Assembly (NCBI RefSeq): GCF_009914755.1
Contig: NC_060928.1
Length of the DNA: 64,000 nucleotides
Source of the DNA: the human T2T-CHM13v2.0 reference genome, Homo sapiens
Strand: one strand, 5' to 3'
Below the pieces are notes generated by a model. That model worked only from the letters and a program-made list of their open reading frames with translations, was not told where the DNA came from and did no database searches. Positions 27,801 through 42,705 of the stretch are shown one piece after another (position 1 is the stretch's first letter; the number at the start of each line of letters is the position of its first letter). The position numbers were made by a program, and so were the translations under genes.

Positions 27801-28904
27801 TGGCTAAATTATCTGGTGAAGAAGTATATATAGGACAAGAATTGAATACAGGAGATATGAGGAGTCTACAGCATTAGCGTGTGTTCAGGGAGTGGGGATT
27901 AGTTTCTAGGAATTTTATGCACATTTTTTAATGATAATACAATTTTCTAAGAGGGTCTGTAGCTTTCTGATTTTTAAGCTGCTATGCTGTAAAACTCCAT
28001 GGGGGAATAGACTGTGGTTGTCATTAAATCCCAGCTCCTAGCACAGTACCTGTTCCTAGTAGGATTTAATATATGTTGTTGAATAAATCCATCAGTGAAT
28101 TAGGTCAGTGCCCAACAGAGACTAAGAATCATTGGGTTAGAGGGAACGTTCTCTTTATATCAAGAGTCAGAATTTAAGAGTAGGTTAAGAAAAACTTTAA
28201 TTCTTGAAAAGCAAAACTGATAAGATTGAAGGTGGAGTTGGAAGTATTTGGAGGTAGCAGATTGCATACACATACATGAATTAAAAATGATGCTCAGCAC
28301 ACTGAATGGAAGCTGGACTTGGGAGCAAGGGAAACCAAATACTTGGGTCAGCATGGTGATGCCTGAGAGGACAAGTGGGAGGTCAGGAAAGTAAATGAAA
28401 CTTGAAGATACAGATGACATAAGGGAGGTGAGAGACTTTTCTTCTCCAATGTTTATTTAAGATGAGAGACAAAACTCAGCAAACAAATTGGATTAAAGTA
28501 ACTCAAAGTGAATTTTTGTTAATTTGAAGATTCATGACCTAATCCTTGTGACTAAGACTCACTACCTATATATTTCAATCACTTAAAAAATGCATCAAAT
28601 TGTGGAAAATAAAACCAGTAGCTTTGGCTTTTTGTTTTGTTTTACTTTATAGAAAATCTAAAGAGAAATCCCTATGCTATTAAAGTTTATCATCATAAGC
28701 AAAACAAAATAATTCACAAAGGAAAATAATGGAGCTCTTATGATTTCTCAAGGAATCTTTAAGTTTGGTATTTGCCTTTCTAATCAATCACAGTTATATT
28801 ACTTATCTCAATGTCCCTTATTGGCAGACTAATATTTCAGAAGTACACTCAAGAGTGTATGAACAGCCCCGTCACAGTCTTACTCTTGCTTGTTAGCTAC
28901 TCAC

Positions 28905-28947
28905 CTCAAAATGCTGAGTGTGTCCACCATCTTTTTCATTTCCTTTC
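28905..28947 (-). CDS. FAM13A: FAM13A coding exon, 43 nt, phase 2-0, (R)KGNEKDGGHTQHFE
   Basis: Acceptor attatttatag|G, donor GAG|gtgagt; needed to bridge the phases of the 77-nt and 148-nt exons. Confidence 0.94.
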
Positions 28948-29334
28948 CTATAAATAATGGCAACAACAAAAAAATCATAAAATATCTACTTGTTTTATAA
29001 CGTTTTTCATCCACTGATATTATGATTTAATTTAAGAGTATGTTGAGTAGCTCTAAGCCAAATACTTATAAAATTCAAAAACAAAACACAAAACAAAAAA
29101 TTAATCAAAACAAAGCAAACTGGAAACACAAATAAACATGACTATAGTTATTTGCCTTCAATAGCACTGTGATAGATTTTCTATTCTAAGCATTTTCCTT
29201 GCTATAAAATATTGCTGGTAAATATATAGTCCTTTAATTCCATTCTTTTTAGTTCTTATAATTCACATTGCATTACATGAAAATAACCTTTTCCTGCCCT
29301 TGGAAAGAATATTAGGAGACAATTCTAAAATTAC

Positions 29335-29411
29335 CTTTCATCAGACATCCATTCAAAATCATCAGGTCCAGTTCTCTCATGAGATCGTGTGGAATTGAGA
29401 CTTTCCATATT
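29335..29411 (-). CDS. FAM13A: FAM13A coding exon, 77 nt, phase 0-2, NMESLNSTRSHERTGPDDFEWMSDE(R)
   Basis: Acceptor gttctgttacag|AAT, donor AG|gtaatt. Confidence 0.95.
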
Positions 29412-29802
29412 CTGTAACAGAACCATTATTGGTTGCCTAATAGGAATGGTAAGAAATATGCAACGCAGACCCTCCTTTCTTTAAAATAGAAAAATCAAAT
29501 AATATGTATATATAAACTAATTCTAGTCCTCATATTTTTATCTTTGTTTAAACTGGTAAAATTATGACAGTTTATTATATCCTGCTTGCATAGAATTGTG
29601 TATTGAACTTCTAACATCCTTTTAACAAACATATGTGACAGCATCACAGAAATGGCCATTGTGCCCTATAATGTCTCCCTTAGGTATTATCCACATTGGA
29701 AAGCTAAATAGCAAAACCCAGATTGTTAGAGAATCAGGGTGGGTCAGACTTAGAATTGAGGAATCTGACATCGAATCTCATCAGAAACTGATGTACCATT
29801 TA

Positions 29803-29960
29803 CTCTCTCTCTATCTATCTATCTATATAAGAACGTATATATACATATGCACACACACATTTATGTATATTCAGTGTACATTGATAAGATTGAAGGCGGA
29901 GTATACACATTATATGTGTATATATGTATATACATATATATGCACACACACATATACATA
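29803..29960. repeat. Compound low-complexity tract (CT)n/(CTAT)n/(TA)n/(CA)n
   Basis: Read directly. Confidence 0.8.
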
Positions 29961-30714
29961 CTCAGTGTATACTTCCAATATTATCTGGAGTAACATGTAG
30001 CTTATACCTAAGCTGTAAAATATCTATAAACAGAAATGAAAATTTAAGAACCTTTCTTTTTACAATATTTAATGTTAATCTTTATATTAGCCAAGATGGA
30101 AAAAGTAAAGACAGAAAACCTAATTTGAATAGTATGTATTTTCGGCTGACCAGGTGGGGTTAATGCTTACCAGGAGGCATATATGTAAGATATCTTTGAC
30201 TGCCTCTGTGAATATGGCCAATGCTTTCTAAATATCATTCAGGTGACTGCCACAGAATAAGTAAGCCATTTCCTTGAAGGGAGATTACAAATAAGCAAAT
30301 GAGAATATCTGAATTCAGCAAACTCAAAAACATAGCTGCCTTGGAAATTTGGACCTGAATTTTGTTGAACTCAGATTTATATCTGCATTAAAAGGATATT
30401 AAGCATAATCCACTCATCCTGTGTCATCAAAGTAAATTATACATATATGAAAGTAACATATGTTCATCTACCTATCAATAACATCCCATTATAATAAAAC
30501 CCTTTACTAAGTAAATCTAAGGTTCACAATAATCCCATGAAGTTGGCATTTACAACAATCTCCACAAAATAAACACATAGAGGAGAAAACTAATCTTTGG
30601 CTTCATAGACAGCTGAATTATTTTCCATTTATGTTGGTTTTGCCAATTTGCCTGGAATTCTCAGTTTGACACCCTGGGCTCCATTAAAGAATAGAAACAA
30701 AGGGAGATAATATA

Positions 30715-30905
30715 ACATAGTAGTTATGACAGTGGCTCTGAATCAGAATACTTGGGTTAGAATTCCAGTTCCACCATTTGCCAATTATATGACCCTACTT
30801 GAGCCTTAATTTCCTCATCTGGAAAATGAAGATGGCAACAATATGGTCTAACATAGGGTGGTCATGAGGATTAAATAAAATGATATGTAAAGTACTAGAA
30901 TAATG
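30715..30905 (+). mobile_element. MIR SINE interrupted by the following Alu
   Basis: ggctctgaatcaga...ttcctcatctggaaaatg...catgaggattaaataa; the MIR resumes (atgcctggtaca) after the Alu at about 31215. Confidence 0.78.
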
Positions 30906-30907
30906 AT

Positions 30908-31200
<293 letters not shown>

Positions 31201-33729
31201 AAAAGTATAGAATAATGCCTGGTACATTTAATGAATATTATTATTAATATAATTAATGAATTGTTGATGTTATTGTTTCTGAAGCTATAATATCTCCAAG
31301 GGAAATATTTTATTGTTATTTGTTATAATATCTCCAAGATATTTGTTATAATATCTCCAAGGAAAATATTTTACTGTTACTTGTTCACAGTTAAGACACT
31401 GTCCCAAAAACAGGAAATACAGTGTTTGTGTCTGCCATTAGAATACTAGAATACTAAGCATTAATTTACACACTTAGATAATTTTAGAATGGATCTGAGA
31501 AATTAAAAATTACAACATTCAATTATATTCATACCTCTAAAGTGTGAGTTAGAAGAGGCCTTTATAAAATGGCTCCCATTAAATCAAGAATAATTGCTCT
31601 TATTACCTGAATGTGACTTTCCTGATGAAGAGGGTTGTATCTATGACAAAGAATCTTTGTTCCCATTGGTAATCTTCAACAGATTATCAGACTCTTTAGT
31701 GTAAGATCTAGTGCAATAGTATTAGGTTTTCCTAAAGCTCTGAAACATGAATTCCAAAGGAAAGCACAACCCTCTATCTTCAGATCACTTCACAACAGTG
31801 TCAATGAAATGATACATTCATAGTTACGTGTAAATGACGATTTCCAAAGAACTAAACATTTTCAGATCAAGGCTAAGAAATATTCAGATCCTTCCTGTAG
31901 GAGATAGCTTAAAAGAAAAAATAAAATAAAAAAGAAATATTCAGGAAGAATAAGAGTGAACAGAAAATAAACCGTAATAGCATTATATAAATTTAGAGAT
32001 ATTTCATTTAGAAGATGTTAGAAGATTGATTTTTTTTTTCCTAAACAGAGGAACCAAAATGTAATTGATACAGGTGTTAGGAACTACAGAATAAAGTTAG
32101 TTAGGTCACACAATAGAAAGCTTTGCAAAAAGCAGTTGTGAGATGTGAGAAAGCTTAGCTGATCTCCAGTGTTAAAACAAGTATTAACTTCTTCAACTCC
32201 ATCCCTACCACTTTTTACATGTTTTATCCATATGTTTAAGAACTCTCCAATGATTTGAGGTTTTGTAGACGTAGTTCACAAAGGCTGATTTCCAATATTG
32301 TTCAATATTCTTCTCTAAGGCTTTTTTGTAATTCTAATTGTCATGTTATTTCTGTGCACATTTGAGACTGCTGAATATTCATTGTCTGGTTTCACTAAAA
32401 CAGCATGCAGGTACACAGTGTTCCTTTCCTAAGGTAGCTGGGTTGCACCTATACCTTTTGGAAATGGAAAATCTGAAGAATGCTACAACCCGGAAAGCAT
32501 TTTTTTTTTTTTTTTTTTCAGAATGAAACTAACAAGGGTAGTAAATATCTATGAGTACAGTAACAAAACTATGTATTTCCATGGGCACAATACATTTTGT
32601 AAATTCTAATTTGTATTCTTTGTCTTGGGGTTAGGGAGGAATGATTAAGATAAAGAAATAGATCAGTAATCTCTCTACTTCACTAAGATGAGGGAAGGGA
32701 AAAGTGTAATGTACAGGTCAAAATAATGCTGAAATGCAGAATGCTTTTCAGAAGTATGCCATTAGACCTTCAAATGTGCTGTAGGTGCTAATAGTACTTG
32801 TCTAACAAGAAAATATTGAGTCATTGTCTTTTGAAGGTTTTAAACTGTTTTATGTCCCAAACACATCCCTACCAGGCGTAGTAAGAGTAGTCCATTAATG
32901 TTTTCATTGATTAGAGGTTGAAGTAATAGAATATTGTGGAAGTGTTTTATTGCATTAACTTTTATTTTAATTCCTCTTCTAAATTTGGGATCTTTTAAAG
33001 GTAATAGGTAATTTTTAAAAAGCAGCAAAGAAGAAGATTGTGACTTTAGGTCTAATTTAATAAAGTTGCTTCTTGTATTGCAATTATTTCCAACCAGATA
33101 AAGCCTAGTTTACAATCCATAAAATTTTGACTCATATAAGTCCTATCAATGACTTTCAAAACACAGATTCACTACAACATAATTTATTTTGATAATTTTG
33201 GGGTGTCAGAGGAACTAAATTTTAAAAACCATTCTCCTTAATTATAAAGATAAACTCAAGTCTAAAAGAGCAAAAGCCTTGATAAAAGTTCATTTTAGAC
33301 TGTGGAATTTGTTTTTGATTATTTTTCTTTCTCCCTCTCCGTGTTGGCATTGAAAGCTAGGCTCAAAACCTGTTTGACCACTGACTGAAGCACTTAAAAA
33401 CCCTTGGAACAAAAACAAATTCATCTTCTAAAACTGTAAAATGCTGACAAAACCTTAATAGAGGACACACACAAAAATGCCTCTCTCAATATACAAACAG
33501 CTCAATCTGAAGGCTACAGGAATGCTGTTAGTCAAAACAGGTTCATTATTCTAACCTTGAGCTCTAAGAGGAGAATATTTGATAGAGTCTCGTTAAGAAA
33601 GGATTAATGGCATATTTGAATTCCTTTTTGTACCCTTTTGTACATTTTATGTTTTATTGCTTAAAATTGTATAAGCGCATTCATATTCAAAAAGAACTAC
33701 TGGTATCATAAAAGATGCCTAAGAAAGAG

Positions 33730-33900
33730 TTTGCTAGCTGTCCACCCAAACCCATGCTACACTTTTTCCACCGTAATAAAGTAGCTAGATGTCCAGCAAC
33801 AATACATTTCCCAGCCTCTCTCGTGATCTGGTACAACCATGTAACTAACTGTTCTCCAATGGGATGCGAGAAGTGATATATGTGGCTTCCAGACCTGGCC
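33730..33900. mobile_element. Old MLT1 (MaLR) LTR remnant
   Basis: tacatttcccagcctctct...ccatgtaactaac...ttctccaatgggatg...gaagtgat...cttcc. Confidence 0.65.
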
Positions 33901-33921
33901 AATACAATGCTTCACCAGGTA

Positions 33922-34232
33922 CAGACACTTCTCAACTTACCATGGAGGTTATATCCCAATAAACCCATGGTAATTAGAAAATATCATAAGCCAAAAATGC
34001 ATTTAGTACACTTAACCTACTGAACAGCATAGCTTAGCCTAGCCTAAACATGGTCAGAACACTTACATTAGCTTACAATTGGGTAAAATCATCTAACAGA
34101 AAGCCCATTTTATAACAAAAGTGTTGAATATCTCATGTAATTTACTGAATACTATACTTACTGAAAGTAAAAAATCAGATGGTTGTATGGATACTCAAAG
34201 TACAGCTTCTAGTGAATATGTATAGCCTTCTT
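33922..34232 (+). mobile_element. MER47A (TcMar-Tigger) DNA element, 3'-truncated
   Basis: ta|cagacacttctcaacttaccatgg...catagcttagcctagcct...aaaatcatctaaca...gtgttgaatatctcatgtaattt matches MER47A as recalled. Confidence 0.85.
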
Positions 34233-34439
34233 TCCTTACTCAATAGTACACAAAAGAAAGGAATCCTAGATGTGTGTATAAACATGAGGAGACTGATATA
34301 AGTTAGAAGAGTATTCACTTTTCATAGATGAAAGGTAGGCTGTGGTTAGAACACAAAGATGGACCTTTGGTGTTATGCAAAGGAGGCAGTGGGGGAAAGC
34401 TGTTGGAGTTCTTGATGAGATGGTCTTTACATCAAAGTG

Positions 34440-35790
34440 ATTTATGATCACACCACTCCACTTGTCCATTATGTTCCATCCCCTATCACTGACTCAAGAA
34501 CATTGCTCCTGCAATGGATTCTCTTGCATCGTCATCTTCTCCTCTCTATTGGCTTGTCTTACACAAATATTCTGTAACATCACTGCCTTCTAAAAACTGT
34601 CTTCATCTTGTATTCTCTCCAACTGCTACCTCGTTTTTCTTCCCCCTTGTAGGGCAAAACCTGTTCAAAGACCTTCCATACTGGTAGTATCCAACTCATT
34701 TCCTCTTAGGTTTTCTTGAACCCACTTAATCAGGCTCTTCCTGCCTCTTCCCACCAATAGAGCTCCCATCAAGGTAGCTGTGGGTTAGCTAGATATATGT
34801 GAAGTTATCACTCACTCCCTATTGCAATTTCTTTATTCTAATTTTCTCTGGACCTAAATCTAATGAGGCTCTTGCCTCCATGTTGCACTGGAGATCGGCA
34901 GCAGCTCCTTCTTAGTCCCTTGTGGTGCTCCCTTCTCATCTGCTTACCCCCTAAATGCTGGTAGGTCTCAGGGCTTAGTCCTTGGACCCTTTCTTTTTAC
35001 CCTTTGTACTCAGTCCTTTGGTGTCAGCTTATCCACTCTCAAGGCTTTAAAAACCAACTGTGCACCAAAGACTTCCAAAATTATTTATTTCATCTCTCCC
35101 TTGACCTCCAGATTAATATATCTAACTGCCTACTTGAATTCTTTACTAGATTCTGTCAATTATTTTACTTTAGTCCTTATCCATTTCTCATCACCCCATG
35201 CACTATACTTAACACAGCTGCCAGAGTGATCCTTTCATAAGGTATATCACAAAATGGCTTCCTTCCCCTCTCAATCCTCTGTGGCTCCTTATCCTACTTA
35301 AGGTAACTGCTAAAGTCCTAAAAATGGCTATGAAGCTTTAGGTGATCAGGACCTCTGCTACATCTTTGACCTCATCTCCTACAATGCTCCTCTCAACTCT
35401 GTTCTAACCATGGCCACCTCTTGCCTGTCCTCAAAGGCTCAGCATGCTGCTCCCTCTGCCTGGATTTTCTGTCTCCAGATATCCTGATGGCTCATTCCCT
35501 CACCTCCTTCAGGCCTCTGTGCAAGCATCATTTTCAGTGAGGCCTGACTTGAATGTCCTCTACGATATCGATCCTTTACCTCTTACCACTTTCCATCCTC
35601 TTTACCCTGCCTTATTTCTCTCCACAGCATGTATTGCCATCTAACTAGATATTTCTTTCTTATCTATCTCATTTTATGAGACTGTATACTTCAGGAAGGC
35701 AGAGTGTGTGTCTGTTTTGATCACATTGTGTCCTTAGTGTTGAAAATAGTGCTTGTCATATAGTTAGTTGTTGTGTGATTGAAGGAATAA
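34440..35790 (+). mobile_element. L2 remnant (ORF2 end and 3' terminus)
   Basis: atatctaactgcctacttga, gccagagtgatcctt, aggaaggcagag...tgtctgttttgatcac...gaaggaataaat. Confidence 0.75.
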
Positions 35791-36775
35791 ATAATTTTAA
35801 GTCAGTGGTTCACATTGTTGGGCTTTTTTACATTATATTTGATACCACCCAGAAAATCATGGTCATGTGGTTTTTTAACAGGAGTTCTTGCTGAGTTGTG
35901 TTACACTGAAAACAATGTTTCAGTTCTTGCTGAGTTGTGTTACACTGAAAACAATTGTTTTGTAGCAGCAGACATGTTCTGGAGAGGAAAGTGAGTAGAA
36001 GCTTGGAGACATGTTGGCTGGCTGTTTCAATATTCCAGACTAATTACAATAAGAGCCTCAACTATGTAATGGCAACGCAAAAAGGGAAAGGAGATGCACG
36101 TAATATTTTTTTAAAAAGCAGAATCAACTAAATTTGACACATGATTGAAATGTTGAAGGAAGGATGGAGGTGAAGAAAAGAAAAGGACTTGGAAAATGAC
36201 TAAGGAGACGATGATGTGATTGAATCAGATGGGACTCTTGAATGAAAAAGATTGAGGAGAAGATGATGAGTTTGGTTTCAACATGTTGACTTTAAAGTAT
36301 TCTCTGGGGTGAACTGCAGACAGAATCCATCAAATGTTAATTTCTAAGTCATTTGTAGAGGGGTGACAACTGAAACCATGGAACTGGAAAAGCTCTGAAA
36401 GTTCAGATAGAGAAGAGATATGAGACAAAAATCTAGATAACATTTAAATCCAAGCATGATTTATGGGAGCTTAGCCAGGGAAGGATACAACAAAGAAGAA
36501 AACAGTCATTGTGGTATGAGGACAAGGAGAGGTCAACATCATTCAGACCAAGGGAGAAAGGGTTCAGACAAAGAGCCACAAAGTATCAAACACCCCAAGG
36601 CCTTGAGGAGGCCAAGAACTAGATGAAGTCATAGCACAGGGACCAGTCATAGCACAAAAGACCAGTAGAGACATTAAGAAAGGTTCTGTAGAGAATGGGG
36701 TTGGAGTTCGGGTTGGGGTTGGGGATGGAATCTAGACTATAGGGAAATGATGTATAAATATGAAAAGAAGAATGG

Positions 36776-37070
<295 letters not shown>

Positions 37071-37674
37071 TAGAACTGAAACTAACAAGTAGAGACTGTT
37101 CAACATGTGTGATGGTAAAATGAAGAAAAGAGATTGGCCATCAGAGCAGAGGGAGCAGAAACGTATTTACTGTGTTCAGTTTTACCTATTCTTTAGCACA
37201 TTTAGTTGCATTGAAATCTCACAAAAAAACACAATCTCACAAAAAACTGCTATTTTACAGATGAAGTAAAAGGCTAAGTAACGTGCTTTACTTGCCATAG
37301 CTATGAAGTGAGATAGTTGGAACTGAAATTCAGGTATGATTACAAGACCTATTCTCCTTTCTTGAACCTTGACTGAGATTTCATGTACACATGAAACTAA
37401 AAGGAAGTTGTTCGTAGATAAGAGACCTATAGACTTTGTTTTTATTTTTATATATTAAATGTAATATTATAGAATTCATATAATCACACAGAACATATTT
37501 GGAGAGAAGAGAAACAATTACCTCTAATACTACTGCCACCACCATAATGCAATCACACAATCACTTTTAGCTATATATCCTTTTAGCCTTTCTTCCTAGG
37601 AATGAATATATCATACATACATATGCATGCACTGTAGATATTGCTTCATAACCTATTTTTATATTGAAGGGCGG

Positions 37675-37830
37675 TACAGTGGAATCCCAGCTCCACCACT
37701 TACGTGTGACCTAGTTGTTTAATCTCCTATGCCTAATTGTCCTCATGATTAGAATGGGAATAATAATATCTACCTATGGATTATTGGGAGGATTAAAATT
37801 GAGAATATATGAAAAGCACTTAAAATATAA
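37675..37830 (+). mobile_element. MIR SINE
   Basis: aatcccagctccaccacttac...tgtgacct...aatgggaataataata...gaggattaaa. Confidence 0.75.
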
Positions 37831-38045
37831 CTTGTCAAATATTTTCTATTTTATTATATAATCTTCATAACTATAATTTTGAATCATTGCAAAATATTTT
37901 ATTGAGTTGACATACAAATGTTAATCATCTGCTCTTCTACTTCTGAACATTTAAATTGCTTCTAATTCTCCATGATTATAAATAGCCTTGTGGTGAGCAA
38001 ATTAATATATATGGTTTTTTTGATATTTAAGATTATGCACCTAGT

Positions 38046-38358
<313 letters not shown>

Positions 38359-39139
38359 TTATGCACCTAGAACAGAGTAAGTAGCAGAAGTAGGATTATT
38401 GGATAAAATGCATGAATGTGTTGTGATTTTTGACTCAAAGTATTAAACTCTGCCCTAGAGTGGAAGTTTGGAGATGGAGACTTTTTTTTCTAGGCCAGTG
38501 GAGATGAGCCAATAGAGAGGAAGTGTGCATGTGTAAGTATGTTTTTATGCCGGTGTCAGGTAGGCTGGGAGATGGATGTGAAAAATAGAATTTCCAAAGA
38601 TACTTTTCACCTTAGAGGTTAGTTTTAGAATTTAGGAAACTTACTTTGTCATTTGAGCAGATAAGAAAATAAAATAGGCAGAGAGCTAGAGAAATGTGGA
38701 AGTGAAGTGAGGGAAGTTGAAACAGAAGCGGGTTATTTCAGCTCTTCAAAGTAAAAGAGGAGATAAGGTTTTCTTCTGGGAGAGAAGGAAGGGCACAGGT
38801 ATGAGCTTGGGGTTTAAGGAAAGGGAAAGGTTGAAATTGTGGCAATAATTCGAGATAAGGCAGTGCAGTCTGATGCCCAGACTGGTACCTCACTGCCCCT
38901 GATTTCTGAGCTCTGAATTATCTGTAGTTTCTCAGTCTCTGCTGGTCATGATATCCTCGGGAGGCAAGGGACAGAGGGAGAAAGGAGCCAGATAGTTCCC
39001 ACTGTAAAGACACCAAATCTGTAAGACACTTTTCCAGATCTACATCATATTCTCCTCTTTGGCTGTGCCGTGGGCCAGCAAGATCACTGTGAAGCCATTT
39101 ACTCACTGTCTTCAGTTACTCTCCTACCATCTTCTCCTG

Positions 39140-40580
39140 AAAATGGCTCTTGCTCCCATCTTTCTACCAACCCTATTCTTACTAAGATCACCAGGGAGCG
39201 ACATTTTGCTAATTTCAATGGTTGAACTCGCAGTCTTTTACTTGACCTATCATCTGATTCTCCTTCCTCTTTGAGTCCCTTGGTTACTTGGCTTCTAAGA
39301 CACCAAACTTACCTCATTTTTCTTCTAGTTTTCTGGCTGCTGCTTCTTAAGTTTCCTCAGCTGGCTTCTTATATCCCCATTCTCTGCCTCAAGGCCTTGT
39401 GTGAAGGCCTTTTCTATCCATATTCACTCCCTTGGTTATCTCAGCCAGTGTATTGGCTTTAAATGTCATTTACAATGCTCATGACTCTCACATTTGTATC
39501 TCTAAGGAGGGCATTCTCCCGAAACTCTAGGCCCAGAAGCCCAGTTGCCTCTCTAATATCTCTTCTCTTAGATGTCTAATGGGCAGCTCAGTCTTTCCAT
39601 GTCAGAAACTGAACTTAGGATATGACTCCCAAAACGTCTATCTTCCTCATCTCAGTAAATTGGCAAGACCAGTCTCCTGGCTGCTCAGGACAAAAATCTT
39701 GGAATCATCTTTGACTCCTCTTTTGCTTTCATACCCCACATTGAATCTGTCAGGTGATTTTGTCAATTCTATCTTCAAAATACATTCACTTTCTTACCCC
39801 ACCTCTTGACCACTGCAGTGCACAACTCCAGGGGGAACCATTCATGTTTTAGTTGATGGGAACAGTGCTCTCTAGATCAGTGAAGGGTACAGCCCGTGAG
39901 TCCATATAGCTGGCTCTTGTATTACCTCAGTTCAAGCCATCATCATCTCAAACCCAGATGACTGTAATGATTCCTAACTGGTCTCTCTGCTTCTGCCCTT
40001 GCCTGCTAATTGTCTATTCTCAACAAAGCATCACCAAGTTTAAGTAAGCCAGGTCACTGTTCTACTGAGAACTCAATGGCTTCTCATCTCACCCAGAATA
40101 AAGGAGGGGTCCTTACAATGATCTATAAAGACCTATTTAACATGCCCTGCTTTCCATTCCCTCTTTCACTTTGCTCACTCTTTTCCAACCATAATGGTGC
40201 CTCTGTGGTTCCTTCAATATTCCAGAAAACAATTGCCTCAGAGCCCTTGCACCTGTGATTCCAACAGTAAGTCTTGCTTCCTTACTTCCTCTAGTTCTTT
40301 ATACTCAAGTGTCAAATTCTTGGAGAGGTCTCCTCTGATTATTCCATTTAAAACTGCATCCCTTGCCCCCTCACAGGTTCCTGTCCCCATTCCCTGCATA
40401 TTTTTTTTCTTTCTAGTTGTTATCACTACCTAATATACTTTATTGTTTACTTATTTATCTTGGTTATTGTCTGTTTCCCTGACTAGAATGTAAGCTCCAG
40501 GAAGGCAGGAATTGTTACCTGTTTTTCTCACTATTGTATCCACAGGATCTAAACTATTTCCTGCCACACAGATGACATAT
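39140..40580 (+). mobile_element. L2 remnant containing a nested MER91-like MITE (~39800-39915)
   Basis: L2 terminus ctagaatgtaagctccaggaaggcagg...ctattgtatcc; the nested tgcagtgcacaactccagggggaaccattca resembles MER91A. Confidence 0.75.
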
Positions 40581-42518
40581 AATTATGTATAATTTTTTTA
40601 AGCTATAGAAACAAATGTTTGGTCAGAATGTAAAGAACTTAAAATGGGCTAGGGAAAGGTTTTGGAGGAAAGTTGGGGAAAGTAGAATTAGAAGGTTAAA
40701 AATAAGGGGGAAGTGAAGATACACAACGTAACATTCAGGATGTCGTCTTAATATTAGTCGTCGTTGTGTTCCCTGGCTCTTTGCTTTGTGGTTACTTGCG
40801 AAGATTAGATTTTTAAATTCATGGAATATAAGAGTTGGAAAACATCTTTGAGAATACCCTCACTTTACAGATGAGGAAGTTTTTCTTCTAAGTTGTATTG
40901 GCAGGGTTTCAAGTTATTCATTGCAACAAAGACACGGTCCACTGAGTTCATATGTGACATGCACAATCCTGGAATGCGGAAACTGGCAATTGAGGTAGGG
41001 GCAAATTCTTTCACATAAAAAACCCCAAATGGAATTAGGATCTTCCATCCCAGTGTTTTTCAGCACAGACTATGTCCATAGTTTTATCAGTAAACACATA
41101 TTCTAAGGAGTAAATGTACTTTTCCACTTCTATTAACTATTACCATCTAACTAACTGAAGACACTATTCCTGGTGGAAAAAATTAATGGGTTAAATGAAT
41201 GTAAAAAGGGATTCAAACTGAGAAGCCTGCTTCATAGCTTCTTTTCACACTATAAAGCCAAGTCTCAGACTTTCAGTCACCAGATAGCTCTTTGGCAGAT
41301 CAGCAAATCATGGGCCAATTAGAGAGCTAATGAAGTTAATACCATTTATTTTATTTAAATATTTACTTTTAACAAGAAAAATGAAATCATCAGTGTTAAA
41401 AAATAGTGTGTCATGATTCCAAACTTTAAATTCTTTATTTTGAGAATTGTACCAGACATAAGTCTGAGGTAGATTATTATTTCTGTTCACTCTAGCTGAT
41501 CAGTTTACTTCCAGAAACAATGCATTGAGACATTATGGGGGGAAAAAAATCCTAGATTTGCATTTACCTGTATTTTACTTATGGAAAAATTAGAAATCTT
41601 CTCCGAGCACATGCAGAAATTGACAATGAGAAAATAGGTGGCCCATGAATTTTATTGAATGTATGGAAAACACAGCATGGAGCTAAAAACTGGTCAAAGT
41701 ACGTCAGAGGATTTGCACACTAAACAGTAGGAGAGGATATTGCCTATTTTTATTAGGGATTCCAGTTCACGCCATGTTATAAAATTTATCTTCAGGTTTT
41801 TGGGTTTGTTGTTTTCTTTTTTAACTAAAGGGACAGACTTTGTGGCTTATTTTTCAGAGAAACTAATACATTAAGGAAGAAGGATGATGAATGTTAATAG
41901 TTATACTGAACAAATATTTTGCCACTGATTAAACCACTTGTAAACACTTATACTATGTATTGAATTAAGGATCCAAGATTCAGGTCTGAGGCAACTACAC
42001 AGGGATTAATTTCTTTTTGTTTCTGATTAACTTGGAAGAAAATACTTTAAAAGAGTACAGATTTGAAACAAAATTTCTGAACATGAAGAGATTTCTGAAC
42101 ATGAAGATAGCTGATCCTCTTTCACTGTGTATTTCACCTTGCTTTAAGTTCATTCATTAATTTATAAAACATATTCACTTAGACAAGAACAAATAGAATG
42201 GGGAAAAAGAAGAAAAAATGCTTTATGGGCAATTTTATTTCAAAAACAAAATTTAAAAATGCTTGAAAAAAAAGAGAAAAAAACAATGGAAATCAGAGTG
42301 TGTGGTGTCTCTTGTTCCTTTGTAGAATATAATATTTCTCGGCCTTAATTTTTGTATTTATTAAAAAGAAATACAAATATATATACACTTAGTAGCTCTA
42401 AGGTCTCTTCCAGCACTCAAAACTGAAAGACTGAAATTACTTTTAATTTTTTTACAAAGCAAAGAAAAGAGATGTAATATTTCCTAACAAGTAAAACTTT
42501 ATAGACGTATTCACTTAC

Positions 42519-42705
42519 CACAAGACCGTCCTGATTGTCATGAAGCTCAGAAAGTTTAGTACTGGATTTCTGACGTTTAGGCTTGCTCCTTTCTCCAGCA
42601 CAACCAAAAGTATTTTTGTGTACCTTTTCGACTTCCTGAGTATTCAAAATACAATCATCAAGGTGGTTGAACCCAGAAGGAGTATTTTCTTTGTTGATAA
42701 GTCCC
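42519..42705 (-). CDS. FAM13A: FAM13A coding exon, 187 nt, phase 2-0, (K)GLINKENTPSGFNHLDDCILNTQEVEKVHKNTFGCAGERSKPKRQKSSTKLSELHDNQDGLV
   Basis: Acceptor ttttctcaattcaag|G, donor GTG|gtaagt; overlaps ORF 42417..42647. Confidence 0.95.

Noticed and set aside
29635-30163. 121-aa and 79-aa ORFs rich in Y/I/H/T
   Set aside because: Translation of (TA)/(CA) low-complexity sequence.
35883-35955. Repeat-spacer-repeat pattern resembling CRISPR
   Set aside because: Only two copies with a 5-nt spacer, in a primate intron with no cas genes; a simple tandem duplication.
40721-40769. 8-bp inverted repeat acacaacg...cgttgtgt with several CpGs
   Set aside because: Short arms with a 33-nt spacer are expected by chance in 64 kb; far too small for a CpG island.
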